Below are positions 47,204-59,383 of a DNA stretch of 64,000 nt, one piece after another. A model generated the notes under the pieces. It was not told the DNA's origin. It searched no databases and worked only from the letters and a program-made list of their open reading frames with translations. The translations under genes were made by a program, and so were the position numbers. The DNA is from Azolla caroliniana (taxonomy: Eukaryota; Plantae; Polypodiophyta). Location: assembly GCA_043228905.1 (NCBI GenBank), contig JBHGNT010000008.1:11160001-11224000 (forward strand), written 5' to 3'. Numbering within the stretch: position 1 is the stretch's first letter; the number at the start of each line of letters is the position of its first letter.

Positions 47204-50200
47204 CCATTAAGCCGTCGTTCGCTGCGAGAAAGCAGGAATCGTGGTCGCCAAAACTGTGTTATTCTCTGACCGGACAAGGCCTAACACAAGGTGTCACGAA
47301 GACACTTCACCAAAGGGTGATTACGGCATAGGATTAAGATTCAACGATTACACCGACTTACGTAGGTTACACGATTAGAGTGCTTTGGTTAATTACACGC
47401 GTAAGATATAACAGTAAGTACAAAACGGAAATCAACACAGAAGTATAAACACCATATGCTCTATTAATTATCCGCTGCGATTACAATGGGGTCCGGGCCT
47501 TTAAATAGGTTTCCGGTCCGTAGTACAAAACAGTGCATATCGCACCTATTCGGGATCCGTCCGGATCTGGAACGGCATACCGTTTCCAGTCCGTCCGTCC
47601 ATACTATGCTTATTTACAACCATACTTAATTAATTCCTTCACTCCGTATTTTGGACTCCTTGCCGGCCAGTAACAGATCGCAAATGTCTCATCACATTCG
47701 ATGTCGTGTTTCTGCGCGTAGCCTTTCGCTACTAACCGGGCCTTGTATCGGTTGATCGAGTCGTCAGTGTTGTACTTGACCTTGTACACCCACCTATATC
47801 TGATTGGCTTCACACCTTTCGGTGCGTCAACCAAGTCCTAGGATTCATTCTCCGCCAATGCGCGCATGTCTTCCTCCATTGCGGCACGCCAATTCACGTC
47901 CTTCGCCGCTTCTGCGTAGCTCTCCGGGTCACGCACTTCCGCTACACGCGTCATGTAAGCATAGTGATGTGCCATGTACTCGTTGTAACCGAACCGCACA
48001 ACAGGGTTCTTCTGGCAGGTAGATCGGCGTAATTGTTCATTAGCCGATGTTGAGGCTTTCTTAGTCGACGTAGACTTCATTCTTGAAGACCCGTCATCAC
48101 TGCCCTCAGAGTCGGACTCGCGTCGATCCGACTTGTTCCTATCCATGCCGTAATCTGACACCTTCTTCTTCCCTTTTTCGTTGCGCGTAAGCTGTCTCCT
48201 CGGCTTCCTACGCGGGGAATGCACGGTCGAGTCTCCACTACTCGCCGACACTTCATTGGACTGGTCAAACCGACTCAGTCGCTCATTCGGTCCGCTTAAC
48301 CGAAACGAAATCGGGCTCTCTTCACGGGTCCCGATTTCAAGCTCATCTGGAGGCATTTCGGCCTCGATGACCTCATCGTCAGAACTCGGATTGGAGGTGA
48401 GGTCCGGAATCAGAGGCAAGTACCAAGACGTGGACTCGTCAAACACAACGTCACGGCTCACGCGCGCTTGTTTGGTGCGAGGGTTATAACACTTATAACC
48501 CTTATGCTCGTCCGAATAGCCGACCAAGATACACTTCTTGGCTTTCGCGTCCAACTTTCTCCGTTTCTCCTTCGGCACATGCACATATGCAATGCTACCG
48601 AAAACTCTCAAGTGTCGTAGATTCGGCTTCCTTCCGAAATATAGCTCATGCGTTGACACTTTTTCTCCGATTAGATTCTGAATGTATACCGCGGTTCGTA
48701 CCGCCTCGGCCCAATAGAACTTGGGCAAGCTCTTCTCCTCCAATATTGCCTGTGTTGCTTCTACAATTGACCGGTTCTTCCTCTCGGCCATGCCGTTTTG
48801 CTCCGGCCTGTATCTACAACTGAATTCGCGCCAAATTCCCATCTGTTGCAGATAGTCGTTGAATTGACCGGAAAAGTATTCTTTTCCGCCATCCGACTGC
48901 AAGCACTTGATCTTTCGTCCTGTTTCTATTTCCACGAACCCTTTGAGGTCCTGGAAACAGTCGAAGACTTCACTCTTCTTCTCGATGAGGTAAATCCACG
49001 TCAGCCGCGTATAGTCGTCCATGAAGGAGACAAAATATCGACTCTCGCCAATACTAACGTTCTGTGCTGGCCCCCATACATCGGAATGTATCAAGTCGAG
49101 CTTGTTCCGGCTCCGGTTACGCTCGTTAGGGAAAGGAAGTTGGTGTTGCTTCCCTAGCTGGCAGGCTTCACAAATTTGTGCCTTCTAGCCACTAAATTTG
49201 GGCAATCCGAACACCACCTATTTCGATTGCAGGTCCTGAAGTCGTTGATAGTTGACGTGGCCTATCTGCTTGTGCCATAAGTCAATATCCGACTGCACCT
49301 TTTGTCCTTTCGCGAACATTGCGGTGCCACCGTCACTAGAGTCGAGGATAAACATCCTCTCATCTTTGGGCCCTTGCGCAATAACTCGGCCTTCTTCATC
49401 GATGAAGCACCCAAGATGCGTGAACTAGACTTGCATCCCCTAGTCGACAATCTGCCCAACCGACACCAGATTCTTCGTGATTGTCGGGATGTGTAACACG
49501 TTCATAAGTTTCCCTTTCTGCCCGACATGGCTCAAGGGAACTTCACCGACATTCGCGATCGGATGTAGAGTGTTGTCTCCGGTTGCGACTACTCTTGGTT
49601 GCATCGGTTTTTCCAGGTACGAGAACCACTCCTTGTGGCACATCATGTGGTTTGACGCGTCAGAGTCGACATACCACACCTCGTCCGACTTTGGGGCAAA
49701 ATTCTTCATCGAGTTTGGTTTGTGTCTCATCACGAAGACTGGCCCTTTTTCGGCTTTTTCGGATCCTTCAGCGTAGTGCGATCGTTGCCGATTTCCTTTG
49801 TCAGTCTGTTCGGAACCTAATCCGGATCCAGTCCTCTCCAAATCAGCGCACTTCTTCCAACACTCGCTCTCCTTGTGACCTTTTTTGCCACAATACCAGC
49901 ATTTCGCGACAGATTTCCCTTGCCGGTTCTCGTCGCCTCGACTACCCCTATTTCCGGAGGGTCCGGAATTGCTGTCGGCATCACTTCGGTGCCTTCTTCC
50001 TTGATCCCATTGGCCGCCTCCATTGCGCACCGAATCGCCTCGTTCGCCATGACCATGGGGCATATCTCCCTCTGTGTACAACATCTTGTTGTCGGCATGC
50101 GTGCTTGTCGACGCACCCGCGTGGTTCTCCTCTATAAGGAGCATCGATTGTATGTTGAAAAGCAACGGTGTATTCTACCATGTACACACAGCAGCTCAGA

Positions 50201-51179
50201 ACGCTCCGAACTTCGACGCTAGTCCCCTGAGACAGATTTGCACCATCTCGCCTTCCTCGACGTTCACATTGATAGAGGCTAAGGAGTCGCATATCTATTT
50301 GATCTTCGAGGTGTAATCAGCCACCGACAAGTCGCATTGTCATAAATTGCTCAGCTCCTGTCGGAGTTGAAGCTTCTTAGCTGTGGTGCTTGTTGCGAAG
50401 ATCTTCTTCAGATTTCCCCAAGCATCCTTTGGCGTTTTCGCATCCCGAATATAGCTCAGGAACTGTTCGCGCACACAAGACGCGACGCAGTACAATACTC
50501 TGCTCGCCGACTGTTCCCACTCTGGGAAATCTCTGTGTGTCGATTCGGGTGCTGTGTCATTTGCTCCGTCGACATAGCTCTAGTAACCTTGCCCGAGCAG
50601 GTACTGGTGCATCTTGTAGGACCAAGACGCGTAGTTGTTTCTATCGAGCTTCTCGGTACAAAGCGAGCTAGCCATGCCTCTATTCATTTTTTTTTTCTTG
50701 TTCTTCTTGGTTAGTTTCCTTTTCAAGCTATGTCGGCTGCAGAGGTTCTCAACCCTCACGCTCTGATACCATGTAAAAGATTATGTGCAGAAATAATAGA
50801 AAACCGAACACCGAAAATACGCAGGTTTAATGGAGAGCTTGAATATGCACAATACGCGCGAGAAACAGAGAGAGAGAACACACAGAAACTCAATTCAAAA
50901 TAATACTCAATATGTACATACACCATGCTCAATGAGCACCTTTTATACAAGCCCTGACAATAGGGCTGACACAAGTACTGTCAGTACTTGACCACTCATA
51001 AATGAGCCTACTACACAAACTCCCAAAATTATTCCCTAACGAGGAATAACGCTCTAACGGCCTCTTCGGTTTACGCACCGATGTGGCCCTGTTATGCGTA
51101 CCGATTTACGCACCCAGTCTACGCACTAGGTTACGCATCGTATTATGCACGAATGTTGAGCTTGTCTCTCAACAAAGTC

Positions 51180-52225
51180 TAAAATCTAGTCTCCTTCATT
51201 GGAAAACATTTTGATCAAGCGCATCATAAGTTGTTGAGGTTTTTGGTATGGATTGACAAGTTCCTGTTTTGTGGTGGTGACATGTCGCAATTTACATGTA
51301 ACTGCTAGATAAACCAGCAAGTTTGAACCTCCAACCTCGTTAGAGTGCTCCTTGATCCTTTGCGTCTTTGTTTCGTTAAAATAACTAACTGTTATGTACT
51401 CAATTGCGTTCACGAACCGAAAAGTCGGTCTTCTATTCACGTTGGTTTTAATCTTGTCAATCACAAGTAAGAATAGATATAAAGAAAGAATAAATGTATC
51501 ATGCAAGCTAATGTTGACTATAGATTGTCCTTACTAGGCAATGTTCTCGATGCCATGGCAATGAGATCTCAAAGCTTGAGCCACAAAGTACTCTTGGTCC
51601 ATGCTATGAAACACGACAATTCTCCACAGGGATGTTGTTGTCAACTTTGCGAAATCTTTCACCATTTTTTGTAACTGTTTGAACCGAAATGGTTTATCGT
51701 CATATGATGATCCTACCATGCAAAAGCCATAAGGTATATCGGCAATGAGCAATATGTAGTCTTTCTTTGGCAAATATTACCCACATCCCCACAAAGTACA
51801 TTGTAGTACAAATCTCTAGTTATATCTGTCTTGTGACAATGTTTTTTGAAAGTTTTGTCCTCTTCAACATGGTACGCCTTCATTAAGCGCCGATCCTTTT
51901 CTTTTTTGGCTATTTCAAGGTGTGCAAGGAAGGACATTGGAAAGTCGTGTATATCCTTGACTTCTCCTGGTTTCTTGCCATGACAAGGTTTCTAATAGAA
52001 ACAAACAAAAAATATTGACAGACGTTAATACCGAAACATATATAATAATAGAAAGCCAAATCAACAAAATAAAATACTAACCCAATCCTTAAATGCAATA
52101 AAATATTCCAATAACGCCTTATATGAAGATGTCAACGGATAATCTTCAGTCACTTGTTCTCATGACATAAATCCAAGTTGTTTCATCATAACTTCTTGGA
52201 TCTTCATATATACCTTATGATTGTA
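51180..52225 (-). pseudogene. ParB-MTase copy 2: middle exons with the catalytic motif
   Basis: HKVYMKIQEVMMK, SFLAHLE, YILLIADIPYGF, LWRIVVFHSM and LVNPYQKPQQLMMRLIKMFSNEGD, with introns at the same positions as copy 1. Confidence 0.92.
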
Positions 52226-53350
52226 AAATCAATCAAAGGCGTTAGAGCTTTGTGTCACGAGTAGAAAATATACACAAGAGAGTAGAAGATAGTCAAAGGG
52301 ATGAGTTCATTAATTGAAAGACTCTGTAACTAGTGTTCTTCACCTTGATTATAATCTAGGTGAACACACATATTTATACAAGTTCTAAGATTGAATGTCT
52401 CTAGAATATACCTAAGAAATATCTCTAGAATATACCCGAGAAATATCTCTAAAATATACCATCAAACATTTTTTAAGATTGCTTAAAGTGTGTGGCACTT
52501 CATCGGGGGTTGTTTGGGGTGGACTCAAGTTTAGATATTATTTGTATGTCTAAACATAAGTAGTGATATAGTTTTAGGGGAACAAAAAAGTGAGGGCATG
52601 GGTGGGGGTTAGGGGCGTGTAGCTTGTTGAAGATATCAAAAGTATTTAAACCTAATCAAAGTTTTTAGAACATATTAAAGATCATTGGGATAACTTAAGT
52701 TATTAGACACCAATAGAGTATTATTAAAACGGGACCACACGCTTAGATGAAAGGGAGTTGTTTAAACACACGCTTAAACAAACACTTAAAAGAAAGATTA
52801 TTATAAAAAATAATAAAATAAAATAGAAAAATAAAAAAGAGAGATTGAGATTAAAAAATGATTATGGTTAAGAAGGGATTATGATTAAGGGGGAAGGGGT
52901 TGCTAAAACAAAGTACTTAAACGAATGTTTAAACAAATATTTAGATAAGAAAACACTTGGGCAAACACTTAAAGCAAGGTTATGATTAAAAGAGAAGGGA
53001 GGGATTATGGTTAAAGAAGAGGGGTCATGGTTAAGAAGAGAATGATTATGATTAAGAGAGGAGAATACTTAAACAAATGTTTAAACAAAAAGTTAGACCA
53101 AAAAATGATTGAATAAGTACTTAAAAAAAGGGGTTAAACAAGTACGTAATAAAAATGATTATTAAACAACTACTTAATAGAAAATGATTAAATAAATACT
53201 TAAAAACTTAAGAAATAAAATAAAATAGACAAAAAAGTGATTAAACAAGTACTTAATGAAAATTGATTAAATAAGTACTTAAGAACTTAAGACAAAAAAG
53301 TAGATAAGAGCTCCCCCGATACACTTCACACCTTCTTACACCAATATGAC

Positions 53351-53932
53351 GTGCCTCTACAACAACACATTCTTATTGAATCAACAACCTCCCCTAAAGA
53401 GATCACCATCCTGGACGTCATCTTCTTCAAAGGCCCATACTTTAAAGAATTCGGCATCCTCGACACCGCATGCCACCAAAAACCTCTCAATGCCTATATG
53501 TACCTCCCGTGGAAATCCTCGCACCCCATAGCACACAAAAAGGGCTTCATCACAGGAGAACTAAAATGGTATGCTATCTAGGAGAGCTCGGAAAATGGCT
53601 ACATGGAACTGCGCAAAAAGTTCTACGACTGCTTAAGAGCTAGGGGCTACCCGTCGAAGTTCCTACTCAAGTGTTTTTCGACCGTCCCCTACTCCATACG
53701 AAACCAACTACTCTCTAACCAACCCAACAACAAAAAACCTCCACCCATTGTTTTTAAGTTTCGTTACTCCCCATGTATCAAAAAACTCCAAATCGGAGCG
53801 CTCATGAGAAACAAACTTAAACCCCTTCTAGGACAACCACAATACAGTTCCCTTACACCCCCTCTCACATGTTCGCTAAACGGTAAAAAACTAAGAAACC
53901 ACCTAGTAGACTCATCCTTTCCCCCCACCTAA
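53351..53932 (+). pseudogene. Penelope-like RT thumb / C-terminal region with no downstream GIY-YIG domain
   Basis: ITILDVIF...HQKPLNAYMYLPWKSSHP..HKKGFITGEL..(stop)..FYDCLRARGYP...KLRNHLVDS, then a stop. Confidence 0.8.
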
Positions 53933-54094
53933 TGTTTTATGTACTCTCACCCCTTTTAACCCCCACCTAAAGTCTTGTGTACACTCTTTTACTTTCCCTT
54001 TGCACACACTTTTGTATGTCCCACATACAACGGACTCTCCTCCGTCTCCCTATAAAAAGAGCAACCTAGTAGGCATAGTTTTCATCATTTGTAC

Positions 54095-54140
54095 ATCGGG
54101 CATTGAAGAGCCTCCATCGAGGCGAAATGCATTTGCCGAT
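54095..54140 (+). ncRNA. Minimal type-I hammerhead ribozyme, decayed
   Basis: ATCGGGCA-TTGAAGA-GCCTC(CATC)GAGGC-GAAA-TGCA-TT-TGCCGAT gives stem I, a CUGANGA-like core, a perfect stem II, GAAA and a palindromic stem III. TATAAAA lies ~45 bp upstream. Confidence 0.75.
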
Positions 54141-54664
54141 CGTTGCCTTATGATAGTAAAACTTTCTTTCCTTCTATGTGTTGCTCTTATCTAATTTTTT
54201 GTCTTAAATTCTTAAGTACTTATTTAATCAATTTTTATTAGTTACTTGTTTAATCACTTTTTTGTCTATTTAATTTTATTTTCTTAAGTTTTAAAGTATT
54301 TATTTAATCATTTTCTATTAAGTAGTTGTTTAATAATCATTTTTATTACGTACTTGTTTAACCCCTTTTTTTTAAGTACTTGTTCAATCATTTTTTGGTC
54401 TAACTTTTTGTTTAAACATTTGTTTAAGTATTCTCCTCTCTTAATCATAATCATTCTCTTCTTAGCCATGACCCCTCTTCTTTAACCATAATCCCTCCCT
54501 TCTCTTTTAATCATAACCTTGCTTTAAGTGTTTGCCCAAGTGTTTTCTTATCTAAATATTTGTTTAAACATTCATTTAAGTACTTTGTTTTAGCAACCCC
54601 TTCCCCCTTAATCATAATCCCTTCTTAACCATAATCATTTTTTAATCTTAATCTCTCTTTTTTA

Positions 54665-54698
<34 letters not shown>

Positions 54699-55533
54699 AT
54701 CTTTGTTTTAAGTGTTTGTTTAAGCGTGTGTTTAAACAACTCCCTTTCATCTAAGTGTGTGGTCCCGTTTTAATAATACTCTATTGGTGTCTAATAATTT
54801 TAGTTATCCCAATGATCTTTAATATGTTCTAAAAACTTTGATTAGGTTTAAATACTTTTGATATCTTCAACAAGCTACACTCCCCTAACCCCCACCCACG
54901 CCCTCACTTTTCTATTCCCCTAAAACTATATCAATACTTATGTTTAGACATACAAATAAGATCTAAACTTGAGTCCACCCCAAACAATCCTCGATGAAGT
55001 GCCGCACACTTTAAGCAATCTTAAAAAAGACTAGAATATTCTATATGCTAGGTTGTATAATATTAACCATATACAATTTATATATAACTTAAGGGGTTTC
55101 AAATGGTTTATTTAATATTACATATTGGGTGTGTTATAGGTCAAAGGTTCGAATCACATCCTAGATGTGACATTATCCCCCCTCTTACGACTCATCCCTT
55201 TTATTATCTTCTACTCTGTTGTGTATATTTTCTACCCATGATAGTTTGTTCACCTTGATAATAATCTAGGTGAATAGACATATTTATACAAGTTCTGAGA
55301 TTGAATATACTCAAGTAATATCTCTAGAATATACCATAGAACATTTCTAGAATATACAAAAGACTAGATTATTCCATATGCTAGGCTATATAATTTATAT
55401 ATAACATAAGAGCTTCCAAATGGTTTATCTAATACTACATATTGGGTGTGTTAGAGGTTCAAGTAATATCCTAGATGTGACACTTTGGATATACCAATAA
55501 CACTTTATAGTTTAATTAATTGATAAAACTTAC

Positions 55534-55936
55534 TTGTTGGACTCTATGACCATCTCCTCTAAGCTTAATTCCTTGGCCACGACCCTCGACAATACGGAAA
55601 CAAGAAGCTACTCATCTTTTATACCTTGCATTGCTCTCCAGAACGACAACTTGATGTCGTTGGATGCTTCTTCAATGGTTAGGTCAATTTTCTTGGCCGC
55701 TATTGATTTCAATTCTAGTTGGGGGTCCACTTTAGATTGTTTTTTGCCTTCGACCCTTGACCTCCTTTATTCTCCCACATTGTAAATATTTGATCTTGGA
55801 GATCCTAGACCACCGTCTCTGAATGCTAGTTGACACCATGATTCGTATTTGTGTAGGCCATCTGACTTTACATTATCATCCACTGCTATGCCAACCTCAT
55901 GAAGACATTGACGTCTGAGTCCAGGGTGTAGCTTTG
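55534..55936 (-). pseudogene. ParB-MTase copy 2: 3' part of exon 2
   Basis: KLHPGLRRQCLHEVGIAVDDNVKSDGLHKYESWCQLAFR aligns with copy 1 KLNPGLRRQCLLEVGIAVDESTKSEGLRKYDSWFQLAFR. The GTAAGT donor is at the homologous position. Confidence 0.88.
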
Positions 55937-58900
55937 TGTAAGGAAATGAGGAGGCAAGAGTGGTTGTAATGCAACAGAAGATGAGTGTGTGTGTGTGTGT
56001 GTGTGTGTATCAAGACAGAGTGAGAGAGACAGAGAGAGAGAGAGAGCTCTTAAGACAGAGATAGACAAAACTGTATATTAACCAAAATTACATCAAAGCA
56101 TAAGACATCCAACAACAACTAAGTTACAAGGGGTTGGTTTAAATACCAACTGAGCTAGGGAAAGTCCCCTTTCTACTATTTACAAAACTAGCCTGGTACG
56201 TCCATGATCTAGTGTGAAACCTATCGATGGGAAGTTGAGTTCGATTCTCAACACACCCCTTCCAACACAACTTCCATTTGTCGAAAAGTTGTTTCGGTCT
56301 TCGGAGTACTTCAATTTAAGGAATCAGATTCCGATTTTATTGCTTTATGCTTCTTATTGCGTGTTGCGTAGTCTAGCCGTGCTGTGTATGTTGCGTACTC
56401 CCCCTCAAGCTCGGCAATGTAGATGTCGTGAGACCAAGGTCCGATGCAAATTGCCAGAGCTTGTCGACGCCTAAAGCTTCCGATGCAAAGATGTGTTGTA
56501 GGTCGATCTCTTCGGCCTGTACGCGCTCGCGGATGAAGTGGTAGTGGACCTCGATATGCTTAGTCCGCGCGTGGAATACGGGATTCCGCGCTAGGTAGAT
56601 ACTGCTCATGTTGTCGTAGTATAGGCGACTGCTGCGCCCCTGTATTCGGCTTCCGTGCTCGACAATGCGACTGTCGGTTGCTTCTTACTACTCCAGGAGA
56701 TCGCTCCTCTACCAAGAGAGAAGATGAATCCGGATGTGGATCGCATGTCTGGTTTATATCCTGCCCAGTCCGCGTCTGTGTACCCTTCGAGTTGAATGAT
56801 CGCATTGGTCTTGTATATAATGACGTAGTCCATTGTTGTACTAACATAACAAAGATTTCGCGGATTCAATTTGTTGAGTAGGCCGAAAGAAAAACTAAGG
56901 TCGGGTCGCGTAATGGTCAGATAGATCAAACTACCGATCAATTGTCGATACTGAGTCGGCTCGCTCTCAGCAGTTTCGAAATTGGCATCGATCTTGAGAT
57001 TACGATCAAGAGGGGTAGACACAGGCTTGCACTTGGTCATTCCGAACTTGTAGAGTAAGTTAAGAATGTAGTGTCATTGAGAGATCATTATTCCGACTGG
57101 TGTCCGAATTAGTTCAATACCTAGGAAGTAATGGAGCTTGTGTAAGTCTTTCATTTCGAATCTGCCGGAAAGAATTGATTTGACTTTGTTAATCTCGGCA
57201 AGATCCTTCCCTCCGATGACCAAATCATCCACGTACAAGATGATGATGATCAGGCTATTCGAGTCGTTTCGAATGTACAAAGAGGTGTCAGATTTTGACA
57301 TCCGAAATCTGACTTGGTGAAGATACTGTGTGATCTTCGAGTGCCAAGCACGCGGTGCTTGTTTCAGGTCATAGAGTGAGTTGGCATACGACGTGTGGAT
57401 GCTTACGCGATTCGAATCTGGGTGGTTGTATCATGTACACTTCTTCTTCTAACTCTCCTTGGAGGAAAGCATTGTTCACGTCGATCTAGTGGAGGTGCCA
57501 TCCCTTCGCTGCGGCGAGTGCAATTATTGTTCATACAGTTGTCATCTTTGCCACCGGGGCAAAGGTTTCTTCGTAGTCTATGCCATGCGTTTGCGTGGCG
57601 TAGCCTTTCGCAATGAGCTGTGCTTTGAAGTGATTTACGGATCCATCGGCATTGTATTTTACTTTGTATATCCATCTGCAGCCAATTACTTTCTTGTTCA
57701 GGGGGAGAGGAACGAGATCCCATGTCTTGTTTTTGCATAAAGCTTCCATCTCCTCATTCATTCCGTCGACCCATCGCGGATCCTTTGCGACTTTGGAAAG
57801 CGTTTCCGGTTCCCGTACTGACGCTACTTTCATCATAAAAACGTAGTGATACACCATGTACTCGTCGTAGTCGTAGCGGTTTACGGGGTTCTTCTCTCGG
57901 GTGGACCGACGTAGCTTTTCGTTCGCAAATTCTAAAGCTTTCTTTACGCCGCCGTCTATGCTGGTGTCAAGGCCTTCTAACTCACTATCAAGGGAGTGGG
58001 TCGATTCGAATTCGAACTGATCTTCATATTCCCGCATTTTCGCCTTCCCTTTGTCCAGCTTTGGACTTGGCTGAGATGTGCTTTCATCGCTCGGTGACTT
58101 TGATTGCCCACTCAGTCGTGTCATACTTGGGCTGTCTTCTAACATCTGTGTGAGTCGATCCTCAGCTTCTATTTCTATTTCAGTGTCATCTGCGTCGAGT
58201 GGGGTTGGAGTCGAAGTATTCACTGGTGATGCGTATTCGTCGAAGACTACGTCTCGACTTGTTCGAACCTTACGGTAGATGGGTTGTAGCATTTGTACCC
58301 CCCTTCTGTTTGAGTGAGTATCCTACGAGTATACATTTCTCCGACTGTGGGTCAAGATTTTGTTGCGTATCGTTGGGAATATGTACGTAGGCGATAGAAC
58401 CGAAAATGCAGACATGTGACAAGTTCGGCTTCTTTCCGAAGAATTTCTCATGCGGAGTTATATCGTGTACTCCCGAGGTTGTGCACCTGTTTATGACATA
58501 TACGGCCGTATTTGCCGGTTTTGCCAAACACCTGTTCATCATGGCTCGTGCGACTTCTACTACATGGCAAATTTTTTTGCTCTGCTACGTTGTTTTTCTG
58601 AGGCGTGTGTTGACACGAGAACTCTCATCTGATTCCTTCTTTTCGGAGATATGCCGAAAATTCATCCGGAAAATATTCTTTGCCTCCATCTGATCGAAGA
58701 CAACGTATATGCCGACCTGTAGTTTTTTCGACTTCGGCCTTGAATGTCTAGAAGTGCTTGAACACTTCACTCTTCTGCTTCATCGGATAGATCTAGGTGT
58801 TCCTGGAGAAGTCGTCGATGAACGTGACATAGTATCGGCATCCGCCGAATGTTTCTGTCTGGGCTGGTCCCCACACATTTGAATGTACGACATCCAGAAT

Positions 58901-59383
58901 CCCTTTGCTCACATTCCTCTCGTTAGGGAATGGGTGATGTTGTTGCTTTCCAAACTTACATGCTTTGCATACGCCTGTAATCTCCTTTGCCGTAAAGTTC
59001 GGGTGTCTGATTACAATTCCTTTCAATTGCATGTTTTGTAGTTTCTGGAGATTAATGTGGCTGATTCTCTTGTGCCACAGTTTTAAGTCGGTTTCGACTT
59101 TCTGGCCCTTTCCGTACATGGCCAACTTTACCTCGCTCGATTCGAGGATGAACATACGGCCTTCTCGTCGGCCATGAGGTATGACTTGATCGCCTTTGTC
59201 GATGAAGCATCCGTCATTATTGAAGTGTACTTGCATTCCTTGTTCAACAATCTGGCCGACTAAGACTAGGTTTTTCGTGATGGTGGGGACATGCAGCACG
59301 TTCTTGAGGTAGGTCTGTTTGCCGTCATTTCTGAATGGGACATTCCCGATATGTTGTATGGGGTGAATCGTGTCATCTCCTGT
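55937..59383 (-). mobile_element. Ty1/copia of a related family, degenerate: 3' LTR 55937-56253 and pol relics, interrupted at 59384
   Basis: TGTAAG...CTCAACA LTR with PPT. Motifs ARTKHIEVHYH, YTDADWAG, LYVDDL and VVHSNVWGP. Confidence 0.88.

Larger units (their letters stand above)
37856..47675 (-). mobile_element. Young Ty3/gypsy (non-chromovirus) element; 419-bp LTRs 37856-38274 and 47257-47675; PBS for tRNA-Arg
   Basis: TSD GATCG at 37851-37855 and 47676-47680. The LTRs differ at ~5 sites by eye. PBS TGGCGACCAC at 47250-47241. Confidence 0.96.
35687..51174 (-). mobile_element. Ty1/copia family B copy 3, full length, inserted into MTase motif I of copy 2; LTRs 35687-36089 and 50772-51174
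   Basis: TSD AAGTC at 35682-35686 and 51175-51179, 403-bp LTRs, PBS-Met at 50760-50771, and gag/IN/RT/RH fragments. Split by the gypsy element. Confidence 0.95.
52469..55028 (+). mobile_element. 5'-truncated Penelope-like retroelement with ~845-bp inverted arms (52469-53311 and 54183-55028)
   Basis: The arms are near-perfect reverse complements. The spacer carries a PLE RT C-terminus and a hammerhead motif. Confidence 0.8.
52253..55482 (-). mobile_element. TRIM-like non-autonomous LTR element inside an intron of ParB-MTase copy 2
   Basis: TGTCAC...GTGACA termini and TSD CTTTG at 52248-52252 and 55483-55487. Two short LTR-like copies end CTAGATGTGACA (55172, 55482); minus-strand PPT at 55173-55187. 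Confidence 0.7.

Noticed and set aside
52469-55028. Foldback/Mutator DNA transposon with long TIRs
   Set aside because: There is no TSD, and the internal PLE RT fragment plus hammerhead fit an inverted Penelope-like pLTR better.
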